Positions 41,220-53,000 of a DNA stretch of 64,000 nt are shown here, in pieces (within the stretch, counting starts at the first letter, position 1; each line of letters starts with the position of its first letter). This DNA comes from Octopus sinensis (lineage: Eukaryota). Below the pieces are notes generated by a model that saw only the letters and a list, made by a program, of their open reading frames with translations, made no database searches and was not told where the DNA came from. Location: the NCBI RefSeq assembly GCF_006345805.1, contig NC_043001.1, positions 5,890,001 through 5,954,000 of the forward strand, written 5' to 3'. Made by a program: the position numbers and the translations under genes.

Positions 41220-41450
41220 GTTTGTGTCTTGTTTTGTCCCCCGAACATCGCTTGACAACCGATGCTGGTGTGTTTCTCCGTCCCTGTGTCTTACCGGTTC
41301 AGCAAAAGAGACCGATAGAATAAGTAATAGATTAACAAAAGATAAACTCTGGGGTGTATTTGCTCGACTGAAGGCGGTGCTCTAGTATGTCCGCAGTGAA
41401 ATGACTGAAACAAGTAAAAGAGTAAAGAGTGTTATATATACATATATATA

Positions 41451-41491
<41 letters not shown>

Positions 41492-41566
41492 TATATTTAA
41501 TTTATTACGGAATAACAATTCCGGCATCGCAGGGGTTCAAATTATTCTCAATGAAGAAATGTCTAT

Positions 41567-41943
41567 GTTATTGAGAGATAGAAGTCCCCTTCATCACACC
41601 ATATAAAATAATTTTATTTCAATACTCCCTACTTATTTATTTTTTATTTTTGTTAATTTTATTTGAACTAAATTATGGCTTGAACAGTAACGTCTGGCGA
41701 ATCTATTTACACATACTTATCTGTTAAAATTAAAATATAGTATTTAATATCGAACTATGATAAAGTTATGTAGATGCCTGATGATTGGGGTTATATTTTA
41801 AGAAAGTTTCCCCTAAAGCACTGCGTTCTTAAAGAACCGTAAAAGAGCCCCGAGAAACACGTGTAGCTGAGAAATGGGTAGTAAGTATTAAATTAAAAAT
41901 ATTTTATATGGTGTGATGAAGGGGACTACTATCTCTAAATAAC
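41567..41943. repeat. Inverted repeat (~60-bp arms, 41567-41626 / 41884-41943) enclosing the 41.8-kb HHR
   Basis: GAGATAGAAGTCCCCTTCATCACACCATATAAAATA is mirrored by TATTTTATATGGTGTGATGAAGGGGACTACTATCTC; (TA)n tracts lie on both sides. Confidence 0.9.
41776..41867 (+). ncRNA. Type I hammerhead ribozyme, intact core, weak helix I
   Basis: CUGAUGA (41778-84); helix II UUGGGGUU (41785-92)/AGCCCCGA (41846-53); GAAA (41854-57); palindromic helix III ACACGUGU (41857-64); GUA ending at 41865; helix I only GC/GC (41776-77/41866-67). Confidence 0.65.
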
Positions 41944-42373
41944 ACACACACATATATATATATATATTTGTTTTCTGTATGTATATATGTATGTATGGAT
42001 GGATGTATACATGAGTATATGTGTGTGTTTGTGTATGTATATATGAGTGTTTAGTAATTTGTGTTGGAGTGGAAAAATTCTCTTAAAAATTCTCTATATC
42101 TATATATTTGAATTCGTTAAAATATAGCGATTTTTTTTTACGTAACCGAATGCAGTGGAGAATGTTTTATAGCCATAGAAACATGTTCAAGAAATGAAGT
42201 GTCGAACAGAATTCATCCAAATGTATTTAAGGTATTAAATAATGTGTTAAATAATTTTTGCAAAAACATTAAGTGATGAAAAATCCAAAGTTTAATAAAT
42301 TTCCTGTCAACTATACATGATAGGAATTTGAAAGTTCAAACGATTTGAAAGACATATGCAATGTTTACAGTTA

Positions 42374-43290
42374 GATACTTTGATACTTTGATACTTTGAT
42401 ACTTTGATAGGTTTCGGCCATTATTGGCCCAGGCCATGTCTAACTTAATAGCACCACCTGGTGAAGTCTTTCAAGTCAGAATTTGGGCACTATGGCCCAC
42501 TCAAGTAGAGAGTTATTGTTTACAGACATATCCGGGTGTAGGGGGTTTATCCGGGATTCTTGAAGGAATCTGTCCAAAGACTTCTTGAACCCTATAGGGT
42601 CAGTTTCTGTTTTAATGTGTGTTTTGGTGTAATGTTAAAGAGAGCGGGGCCAATTGAGGTGAAATAATTGTGCCGCATTGTTGTTATGAGATGAGAGTGC
42701 GATTTTTGTTTTGGTCGGATGGCACGGGGCCAAGCCTTGGATGTACCCTAAAGGTGATGCAACACCATTTGGCATGCTGATGGAATATGTTCCACTCATG
42801 CAGATGATGTAGCGCTCACGACGACGTTGGAGTGAATAGAGTTTTAAGCTTTTCTAGTCGACCCCAATAGTCGAGGCCTGTCATGCCATCTATCTTTTTT
42901 GTGATTACCCTTTTAGGTGCTCACCTTTTATGATACCTGTATTGTGGGGAGACCACAGTGGACAACAGTATTCAAGGTGGGGTCGGGCAAAAGTGGAGAA
43001 GAGAAGGATAATGGTGTGGAATCTCTCGACTGGAAAGTTCTGAGAATCCAGGAACACATTCTGCGGGCCATGTCAACTTTGGTGTTTATATGAGTGGCCC
43101 AGCTTATGTTGTTGTCCACAATTACTCCCAAGTCTCTGATGTTGTTGGACGCCGCGAGAGTTTCACCTGAAGGAAGGGAGTATGGGAGTATGGGAGTAGA
43201 TATGTTGAAGATTTTAAAGAGTAAGAAGATTATTATTTCACCTGTTCTCTCATGGTGTATGAAGGAGAAATATTATCCGTTGGTTCTTGC
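42374..43290 (-). mobile_element. 5'-truncated CR1-type LINE (RT C-terminus, 3' UTR, 8-bp terminal repeats)
   Basis: DLGVIVDNNISWATHIN...ARRMCSWILRTF, then after a frameshift RPHLEYCCPLWSP, DYWGRLEKLKLYSLQRRRERY and DKPPTPGY; tail of 8-bp (ATCAAAGT)n repeats at 42374-42409. Confidence 0.9.
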
Positions 43291-44416
43291 TGTAAGAGTT
43301 GCGCTATAATTCGTGTCTTTATTGCTTTGTATATATTTGTTTTAAGATTCACGTTACAATAGCCTACACACATGAAGACGCCACACGTATTTGTCTACAT
43401 GTCCAGTACCTTTGGTTGGCTAACTGCCTGAATACAACAGTCGTTCTAAGCACACATAATTGTGCCAGTCTTTTGGTTCGCCGAATGCTTGGGGGCTTCA
43501 TTCATTTAGTGATCTTTTCAGTCAAAACTTAATTTGTTTTCACTAATTCTAGTCCAGTCTCTGAACGGGTAATTTTCTTGCGATGGGATATATTTCTCGA
43601 ATATTATCGACGCTTGTATTGGTCTAAAAAGCTTCCTGCGTTTCAGCTGGTTGATTCCCTTAAGACATAACTCGCTTTAAGGATGTGAAAATCGGTTCAT
43701 TGTTTATTAGTAACATTTGCTTTTTTTCCCGCCCTGTGAATTGGTTTTAATAACAACTCGTTGATATAACCGGCGCTGCTTGGGATTAAAACTGATATAG
43801 TTTCTTATTGTTTCAGTCATGTGAGTGGGTCCATGAAGGAGCACCACTTTTAGTCGAACACAATGACCCGACGATTAATTCATTGTAAGCCTAGTACTAT
43901 GTTTATCGGAGACTATTGCTGAGCCGCTATCTTAAATGGACGTAAACAGAGAAGCATCGGTTGTCAGGAGATGGTGGGAGGACAAACACACGCGCGTGCA
44001 CGCCCACATACACACAAATTTACACACATTTACGACAGTCTTATGACAGTGTGAGAGCAGGAAATCCACTCACAGGGCTTTAGATTATATATATATATAT
44101 ATATAAGGAGATAAATAAAAATATATGCATACATACAAACATATATGTACGTACCTACATCTACATGTATATATACATGCATATATAAATAATTATACGG
44201 GAGTACAGGACAACACAATAAGACGTAGAAACGGAAAAAACCAAAAAACAAAAAACAAGAAAACGGAAAACGAAAAACAAGAAAACGAAAAACAAATACA
44301 GGACGAGCTACACAAGGACAAAACCCCCGTCATCAGCTGTCGCTAGAGGTGTCAGGCATGTTTCGAAGGCATAACAGAACAATATATATATATAAATACA
44401 AAAAACAACAACATAC

Positions 44417-44681
44417 GTGAGGGGCAATGACTCAGTGATTTGGGTAGCGGACAGGCGGTCGTACGATTGTGTTTTCTATATCCAGACCGGGTGTTGTGAG
44501 TGTTTACTAACCGTAAACACGAAGCTTCACGAGACTACAGCAGGTGGGGTGCACTATTTCTTTCTGTATTTCAAAGGGCCAATTTTGTCACACTGTCACG
44601 CTGAATCTCCCCGAGAACGACGTTAATTTCATGAGCAAACGGTTCTGTTGATTGGACGAACTGAAAACCTCGACGTCGTAA

Positions 44682-44684
<3 letters not shown>
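44417..44684 (+). mobile_element. SINE family C, diverged
   Basis: GGGGCAATGACTCAGTGATTTGGGTAGCGGAC head and CCAGACCGGGTGTTGTGAGTGTTTA body. Confidence 0.8.
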
Positions 44685-44719
<35 letters not shown>

Positions 44720-44792
44720 ATGTGTGTATGTATGTAAGTATGTATGTATATATATATTATATGTATGTAGTATGTATGTATGTATATATATA

Positions 44793-44839
<47 letters not shown>

Positions 44840-44895
44840 TATATTGTTAAACTTTTGATTAATCTGCAACAAGATTATTCATCTTTCTATTTCAC

Positions 44896-44941
<46 letters not shown>

Positions 44942-45022
44942 TATAATAAACAATTAGGAGTAAATCCAAACTTAAGGGAACAATTAGATTTAGGATTAAA
45001 TCTAATTTTATAGTATAATATA

Positions 45023-45772
45023 TATTATATTAAATTAGAGATAAAACCACTATTAGTTCAATCAAACAGTGAAAGTACATAAGCCAATACATAGAAATAA
45101 AATTATCTTATATTAAACTTTTAATACTTTTTGATAGTTTAGAATTTATTAAAAAAAACAAATAAGTAAAATGAATAAAATAATAATATATATATATATA
45201 TATATAAAATTTATAAGTTTAATTTATTAATTAAAAAATTTTTTTTAACTTTAACTCTAATTTAAATATTTCAATTGGATTTTAAAATTTATATTTTATA
45301 TTTTTTATATGTTTTAATTAATTTTATTTCTACGTATTGGCTTATGATTTTCACTGTTTGATATGCCTAATAGTGGTTTTATCTCTAATTTAATATAATA
45401 TACATATATATATATAATTTACAAGAAAAATTCTAATGCCAAATATGCCGAAACAAAAAATTGTTGATAACCATTATAATTTATGCGTCTCGAAATATTT
45501 TTCTATTTTGGGTATATTTGGGGTACTTAAGTCTGCTCAGGACGTAGTGCTTGCTTTTTCCATGGGTATGAGTAAGTATTTCATTTATATCTCGCGTATT
45601 TGCCGCTGAAGAGGGGAAAATTTCTTATGAATTAACCCCGAAATTGGACCAATAGAGATTTCTTTCGGTTTGTTTCGAAAAGCATAAATTATAATGGTTA
45701 TCGACCAAAAATTTTTTGTTTCGGCATATCTGGGATTAGAATTTTTCTTCTGCACTTATCTTGTAAATTATG
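45023..45772. repeat. Two adjacent inverted repeats (~45023-45105/45317-45400 and ~45415-45500/45670-45772)
   Basis: AAATTAGAGATAAAACCACTATTAG is mirrored by CTAATAGTGGTTTTATCTCTAATTT; ATGCCGAAACAAAAAATT...ACCATTATAATTTATGC is mirrored by GCATAAATTATAATGGT...TTTTTTGTTTCGGCAT. The second repeat encloses the 45.6-kb HHR. Confidence 0.88.
45606..45654 (+). ncRNA. Hammerhead ribozyme core (helix I degenerate)
   Basis: CUGAAGA (45606-12); helix II GGGG (45613-16)/CCCC (45636-39); GAAA (45640-43); helix III AUUGG-A-CCAAU (45643-53); AUA ending at 45654. The proximal helix I does not pair; a distal AUCUC/GAGAU pairing is possible. Confidence 0.6.
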
Positions 45773-45858
45773 TATAAATTTTACCTTTAAGGCATCTTTT
45801 GATATTGCTGCCATTGATAAAATTTTTTTCCCGAAAAAAAATTTATCGTATATTAATT

Positions 45859-45910
<52 letters not shown>

Positions 45911-45944
45911 TATCTATATATATATATATATATATAAATACATA

Positions 45945-46560
45945 GATTCATCATTTTTATGATTTCGAACATTTTTCTCTTGTAAGCTTTTTATTGCGTA
46001 TTGCTTGGAATGCTAGTGTAGAAATTTCCCATATCAAGTGAGACAAGAAGAGCATCTGTGTTAGTGTAATACGGGCAGTGGTTTAGAAGGTCTAAGAATT
46101 CCCTTATTCAGCTCAATATATTGTTAAGTTTTGTTGTTAGAATAATCTCACCAAAGTCTTTGAGTTTTATAAGAAGTGCTTGTTACAATTGGCTTTCAGT
46201 TACGATCTTTGGAATGTAGAATCTTGACAAAGGTTGTGGTTGATCCACTTTACTTTTCATTTACTGCTTTATTCTTATAGGAGTTTTTCATATTTTGCCT
46301 TGTCGTCTCGTTAAAACTATCATGACACTTTTCTATTAGCTATTTTTGAGTTATCTCTTTGAGGTCACGAGTTTTTCTGTTCATTCTTTATAGTCCCCAT
46401 AATCCTGATGTCTAAAATACACTGTTTATATATTGCTCCAATTTCTAATAACTACATGACTATTTATCAGCTTTATTAATAACTATATTGTTATTATCCA
46501 TGACATTCCTTAATGGTTTCCCATTCTTTTCGTGTATACAGCAATGCGCAGCGATGGCAC
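45945..46560 (-). pseudogene. Decayed Penelope-like element reverse transcriptase (N-terminal/finger region, truncated after motif A)
   Basis: Minus-strand translation across stops and frameshifts gives, in the correct order, NIVINKADK (46463-46486; cf. IVIxxADKG), SRFYIPKI (46204-46227; cf. RFYGLPKIHK), KPIVTS (cf. RPIVS) and EFLDLL...DALLVSLDMGNFYTSIP (46006-46050; cf. LVSLDVxSLYTNIP). It may extend to ~46980. Confidence 0.85.
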
Positions 46561-47032
46561 AATCCCTCACACTTCACCTGGTATTTCATTTAAATTTTGG
46601 ATATACTAATAAACTCTACAAATTTTGTCTGGAGCACCGTCAGGGTAAACAACATTTCAATAGTAAGTCTTATGCGATTGAATTGTGGTGACGGAGGAAT
46701 TTTGACACATCAGCTCTCTTTTGAGTTTCGTCGCCCCCTAGAGTTACTTTGGGACCTTCAGGTGCAAGGATCATATTTCCCCTCAAAACATCCAACTCTG
46801 CTCCATGAAGGACCGTCAGAAATATATGCACACATGTCATTCTTTATAAAACCAAATTCCCCTTCGTATTATTTAACTCTTCATTGCAGCTATAAGATGT
46901 TATTCAGGCTCTCAAAAAGGAGTTCATGGAATTATATGGGCAGAAACAGTTGTAAGCTGATCATAATGTAATCGTTCCAAGACAAAATTTATTTCTTTGT
47001 CATCTCATTTTCATACAATGTGTGTGAATTCA

Positions 47033-47077
<45 letters not shown>

Positions 47078-47177
47078 NNNNNNNNNNNNNNNNNNNNNNN
47101 NNNNNNNNNNNNNNNNNNNNNNNNNNNNNNNNNNNNNNNNNNNNNNNNNNNNNNNNNNNNNNNNNNNNNNNNNNNNN
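47078..47177. other. Assembly gap (100 N) between (GT)n and (CA)n tracts
   Basis: Exactly 100 N, usually a placeholder for unknown length; order and orientation across it are uncertain. Confidence 0.97.
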
Positions 47178-48358
47178 CCACACACACATATGTCCACACA
47201 CAAATATGAGGTAAGAAAACGAATAGCTGAAACGTGGTTGCTTACGATGACTGAAATATGGGAGGGTTCGCTTCCCACACGTACAAATATCTGAGTTTAT
47301 AGGCCGCAAGATTAGATTATATTCGATAATCAAAACATGCAATGAACCTATAGATTTTTGCTTCGATTTGTGCATCGAACAACTCTTTGATTCTTGAACA
47401 TAATATTTCCCGTTGTTCCGGTTCACACAGTAGGAAAAAATCTAAGCAAAACTCCCTACCAATTTGCATTCTAACTCTCAGAGAATCGTAATGGCGTAAG
47501 TGATGACAATCGCTGACCTTCTTTGTCAGAATATCACAAATGAAGTAAATTGACAGGAAGATAAAGAAAGAGTCTGCAGATAAATTAAACAACTGCGTTG
47601 ACAATTTACATCCAACCAATCCGACTGCTGTGTTTGTATAGAGTTTCTTTCTGAATATTCTAGCAACTTTAGCCATGCTGTTTATAAAGTATATGTATAC
47701 ACATACTCACGCAACTGTACACACATAACAATATTGAATTAACGATATAAGTACAATGATATAAGTACGAAATAAGTACAATTGTTTCCATACATTTTTA
47801 CTTCAAGTGTGAGGTGTCGATCAACATGCTTATCGGCGTTTCGTCCGTCATCACCTTATCAATACAAATACCGACGGGCCAACTTTGACGGCAATCCTGT
47901 CGGCGTCGTTTAATTAACTACCAGATAAACTATGGAATTGAAAATATCGAGCAGCCTAGTACCAACATTTGAATATATATCTAAAATAATGTTTAACATA
48001 AAAATCCTTGTGAGAAGATCGTTTAAATTATCATTATTGTAAAAATATGGTTTTTGGGAGACAATTGTTAGAACGCTTGTGAGAAAATTATTTTCGGAAA
48101 TGATATATTTTTGTAATATAAAGGATTTTACCATAGCGATAAATCGAATTAAAAACGAAGAAACGATACAGAATAGCACATAAATAAATGTATTCGAGAT
48201 TGAGAATGTGAATGAATGAGTTTGTTATAAGGGGAGAGAGCGGTCACAAAGTTTGATGAAAGGAAAAACAAGAAAAGTTGATTGTATCGACACGAAGCTT
48301 TAAACGAATAATAATAATAATAATAATAACAGAACGTATTAAACGAATAATAATAATC

Positions 48359-48403
<45 letters not shown>

Positions 48404-48428
48404 TAATAATAATAATAATAATAATAAT

Positions 48429-48976
48429 TGATGCAGTACTAGGCAGTGGCTCTCATGGCTTCTGATCTTAACTGATTGGAAGTGTTATCATGTACATTGT
48501 TTTGTCTTGGTATAAAAGATGGGCTACAGCAAATATTCTGCTCAATACCAAAGATTTGCTTGTCAGTTGTTTGACCTTAACCAGTTGAGCATGTCCCCTT
48601 AGTGGCTGACGATATGTGCATCTCTGATCACGAGCAGAAGTAGTGGGGGAGCATCATAGCCATGTGTTGAGGGGATTCTTTGGGGTTTGAATAGTTCACC
48701 TCTGGAACATAGGTGGTTCTTTCAACATCCTTAAACACCCTTATTCAGGGACCGTTTGAGCGGTATGGGCTACTCAACCTGAAGAAAATTCTAACTGGGC
48801 CCCACCTGCCAGGTCATGTGCTGTTTATCTTGATACGAGATCACCATGTCGCGCACATATGGTTGTGATGCATGTACCTGGTGTACCTTTATCAGACGGG
48901 TAGTCATGATGGGTATATTGGGCTTCGTATATTTTACCCCAGTGTCACTTTGATGGCATGAACTGCTCTCTCACTC
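48429..48976 (+). mobile_element. ~550-bp non-coding interspersed repeat with (AAT)n tail, copy 3
   Basis: Same start and end as the 9841 copy; embedded in an (AAT)n array. Confidence 0.88.
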
Positions 48977-48991
48977 AATAATAATAATAAT

Positions 48992-49560
48992 AACGAAAAT
49001 GTAACGAAAATGTAACGATTCTGTGGGACTTTCCAGTACATACAGACCGAACCATCAAGGCCAATAAACCAGATATTGTTGTGAAAGACCAAAAAAATAA
49101 AGTTTGCTTATTGACCGACATGAGCATCCCCTGTGATCATAATATCTCAGCGAAAGAGTTTGACAAGCTCAGAAAATATAAAGACCTACTCATTGAAATT
49201 GAGAAAATGTGGCATCTCAAGGCGGTTACAATACCAGTGATCGTAGGAGCACTAGGAATGATCAAGAAGGAAACCGAAAATTATATGAGAATGATCCCTG
49301 GCTTACCATCCCTGCAAGAAGTGCAAAGGATTGTCTTAACTGGTACATCACACATATTGAGAAGAGCATTGTCGATGTGAGAACTGTTGCTGCTCTTGTA
49401 TTTTAATTTAACTTTTAAAAAAATTAAAATAATGAACGAAGTATTGAGTTTGGTTTAATGGCCTACCAACGTATACTATGAGTTTCTTTGCCCTAGGAGT
49501 CGGGAAGACACTCGGCAAGAAATGGAAGCAAATTTGAAAGAAGAAAAAAAAGTAATAATA
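48992..49560 (+). mobile_element. 5'-truncated Dong/R4-type non-LTR retrotransposon (restriction-like endonuclease domain, 3' UTR, AAT tail)
   Basis: Open frame 49003-49380: TILWDFPVHTDRTIKANKPDIVVKD...DMSIP...KYKDLLIEIEKMW...IPVIVGALG...GTSHILRRAL*, the PD-(D/E)xK RLE domain of R4/Dong. It is inserted in (AAT)n, with an 11-bp duplication AACGAAAATGT at the 5' junction. Confidence 0.9.
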
Positions 49561-49670
49561 ATAATAATAATAATGATGATAATGATAATAATAATAATAA
49601 TAATAACAACAATAACAACAACAGCAACAACAACAACAATAATACTAATGATATTATTATTATTGTTATT

Positions 49671-49734
<64 letters not shown>

Positions 49735-50160
49735 GTGATGATAAATTGATGTATAGAATTTCACGCACGTTACAGCTTTAAGATTTTGGAAAACTCTTCA
49801 TTGTAAAATAGCATTTAAATATGTCTGCAAATACAAAGCAGATATATGGACTATAAGATGTCAATGGGTGTTCATATTAAAGGAATATATACGTAGGTGA
49901 GTGTGTGTGTGTTCAGGTATGTCCATGGGTGTGTACCTACACAGAGATATGAGGCGTACATAAGTGCCAGACTTGTTAAATTATAGTCGATATGAAAAGC
50001 TAACAAATACTTAAACGAGCAACCACAAAATTTTATAAGTGTAGAACCGGTTATAATTTCTTTTTCTGCTTTTGTTGGTCTATCTATCTATCGATATATT
50101 TCTGTATCTATCTATCTGTCTGCTTATCTATCTATCAATTTATCTCCCCTTCTCTCTCCG

Positions 50161-50220
<60 letters not shown>

Positions 50221-50251
50221 ATATATAAGTCATACATGAATGCATGTATAT

Positions 50252-50287
<36 letters not shown>

Positions 50288-51332
50288 GTCATACATGAAT
50301 GCATGTATATATATATACACACACTTTCATATACATATATCCATGCATGTGTGTGTGTGATGGTGTGTTTGTGTGTCTCTGTGTGCATGTGTGAGTGTAC
50401 ATATATATGTTTATGCATACATATACTAACACACATTTACAGCATATCTATCTACATCTATTCCATTAGCTTGATTTCAAAGTTTGCCTCTAGCCACGAG
50501 TTGAAACAGTAATTTGATTAGAGCATCGGTAGATGTTTAGATACTTATGCAAATATTTTTTCATAAATGTAAGGAATTAGCGTTGCCAAAGAACGATTTA
50601 CAAAAATTCTATAATTTAGATAAATGAGAGTAAATAACATTTTTTTCTTTTAGTTAAAACCTGATAACAGGTAAATACGAATGAGAAAAAAAACAACAAT
50701 GAAATATTTAAGTAAACGTAACAAAAATAAATAATAAAATGTTTCTAAAATAAAGAAAAAAGACAGGTAAAAGGAGAAAACGAATGGAAAATAATACGTG
50801 TGAAAAAGTACAATACATGTATTTAGATTCTCCGTAAGTTCGCTTTTCATGTGAATGATTATATTCTCATTCATTGAGCCAGCGTTCCCATATGGAAAAA
50901 CGTGTAAAAAATATAAATATATGCTTATTTGTGCTAATGTCTACCAAGATGAACTTAGTTTATTATAATCTAAAGAAATAAGCAGGGATTATTATTACGA
51001 TCTGTTTAATTATTGTAAGTTTCAATAGAGCCAAACGTAACTTGTATTTGTTGTTATTTGGTTGTTGCGAGCGTATAATGGATTAATTCTGAAAAGAACT
51101 GATCTTAAAGTCACCGAAGTGATGACAGACTGTTGCACGGCAAATGCAGGCTTATAAGTTATATAATGACATGTATAATATGTGAAACATGCAACATGTA
51201 ACACTGATACTAATCCACAGAAACAGCCGTAGTGCACTGGATTAAAATCCGTCCACTTAATCTTCTTGCATCTTTTTTATTTTTTATTTTTTATATGAAA
51301 TTCACGTAATCTACCCGATTTCTATGTGTATA

Positions 51333-51546
51333 CTCTTTTACTCTTTTACTTATTTCAGTCATTTTGACGGCGGCCATGCTGGAGCACCGCCTTTAATGGA
51401 GCAAATAGACCCCGGGACTTATTCTTTGTAAGCCCAGTACTTATTCTATCGGTCACTTTTGCCGAACCGCGAAGTGACTGGGACGTAAACACACCAGCAT
51501 CGGTTGTTAAACAATGTTAGAGGGACAAACACAGACACATAAACAT

Positions 51547-51595
<49 letters not shown>

Positions 51596-51736
51596 CGACA
51601 GGCTTCTTTGAGTTTCCGTCTCACAAGGCTTTGGTCGGCCCGCAGCTATAGTAGAAGGCACATGCCCTAGATGCCACGCAGTGGGACTGAACCCGGAACC
51701 ATGTAGTTGGTTAGCAAGCTACTTACCTCACAGCCA
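51333..51736 (-). mobile_element. SINE family A
   Basis: Reverse complement of head, body and tail. Confidence 0.9.
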
Positions 51737-52299
51737 AAAGAAAAAAAAAATCCTGTTGCATGAGAACATATGTTAAACCACCCCGTATGTATATATATTT
51801 TACTTTTTCAGCTCAAAACTGTGGCCATACTATGGCACCGCCGTTTTGCTACACTGTTATTATTGAGAGTCTCCTCTAATATATGGCATTTGATGATGAG
51901 GAAGTTTGATGACGCTACCATCATTTTCACCCGCTGCCGAGAAGTAGGTTCATCAATCGCCACATTTTATGTGTCGTGCATTGTCTCTGCAGTGAATCCT
52001 TCTGAAACATGACCGGCCTTATTTGTAAAACATGATCCTGATGCAGAAAAAAGATGTGGTGAAAGTTTTTTGTCTTTGTTCTTTTTGTGATTTCTAATGG
52101 ATTTGCCTCTTATATTTCAAATCAATTCAGCCACATAAATTCGTGTCTGAAGGATGGCTTTGAAAGAGAATGCAGGACATACAAATCTGGCATATCATTG
52201 TGTTTCCAGAGATTGGAACTATGAGTAATAAATATTTACATTCTGAGTCTGCACTCAGACTCACACGCACTCACAAATACATATAAAAAGAATATATAA

Positions 52300-52607
52300 G
52301 TGGAGGCGCAATGGCCCAGTGGTTAGGGCAGCGGACTCGCGGTTGTAGGATCGCAGTTCCAATTTCCAGACCAGGCGTTGTGAGTGTTTATTGAGCGAAA
52401 ACACCTAAAGCTCCACGAGGCTCCGGCAGGGGATGGTGGTGATCCCTGCTGTACTCTTTCGCCACAACTTTCTCTCACTCATACTTCTGTTGGCCTGCTC
52501 ACTTAGCCAGTGGGGTGGCGTCATTTGAAGGCTAAAACAATGCAAATGCATTGTGACCAGCGATGTGTAGCAACATCTGATAGCCTGGTTGGTCTCGGTG
52601 ATCGGTG

Positions 52608-52608
<1 letters not shown>
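52300..52608 (+). mobile_element. tRNA-derived SINE (family C, tRNA-Arg-like head)
   Basis: GTGGAGGCGCAATGGCCCAGTGGTTAGGGCAGCGGACTCGCGG head with A-box, degenerate B-box, then GGCGTTGTGAGTGTTTATTGAGCGAAAACACCTAAAG; homologous copies at 16404 and 44417. Confidence 0.88.
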
Positions 52609-52639
<31 letters not shown>

Positions 52640-52665
52640 TATACAAATATAATTGTGTCTATTTA

Positions 52666-52735
<70 letters not shown>

Positions 52736-52739
<4 letters not shown>

Positions 52740-53000
52740 CGAAACACGCTGGAGTTGAACTAGGGACAGCTGACGAAGGGGATTTTTCCTTGTGTAGTTT
52801 GTCTTGTACTCTGTTTTTTCGTTGTTTAAAAAAAGGTCTGTTCCATGCTTGGTTTTACGTTTTCGTTTCCCGTTGAGTTCTACGTCTATTTGTGGTGTCC
52901 TGTACACACGTATATATATTTATATATGCATGCATATATACATGTAGATGTAGGTACGTACATATATGTATATATGTATGCATATATTTTATTTATTACA
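52736..53000 (+). repeat. Interspersed repeat family with HHR half-motifs (other copies 44100-44360 minus; 3' part at 39540-39640)
   Basis: Shared CCTTCGAAACA..GACAGCTGA(C/T)GA.GGGG...CCTTGTGTAG head and CATGTAGATGTAGGTACGTACATATATG tail, flanked by (TA)n. Confidence 0.8.

Noticed and set aside
46597-46971. 124-aa plus-strand ORF
   Set aside because: No recognisable motif; it lies antisense to and just upstream of the PLE RT remnant and is probably incidental.
47317-47676. 119-aa minus-strand ORF with ATG
   Set aside because: No recognisable domain or splice support; it cannot be distinguished from chance without a database search.
47838-47862. Minus-strand GTGATGACGGACGAAAC, hammerhead-like
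   Set aside because: It is part of a diverged SINE family B body, lacks C3 and has no helices.
52300-52380. tRNA-Arg-like sequence (also 16404, 44417)
   Set aside because: No complete cloverleaf or acceptor stem; it continues into a SINE body present in several copies.
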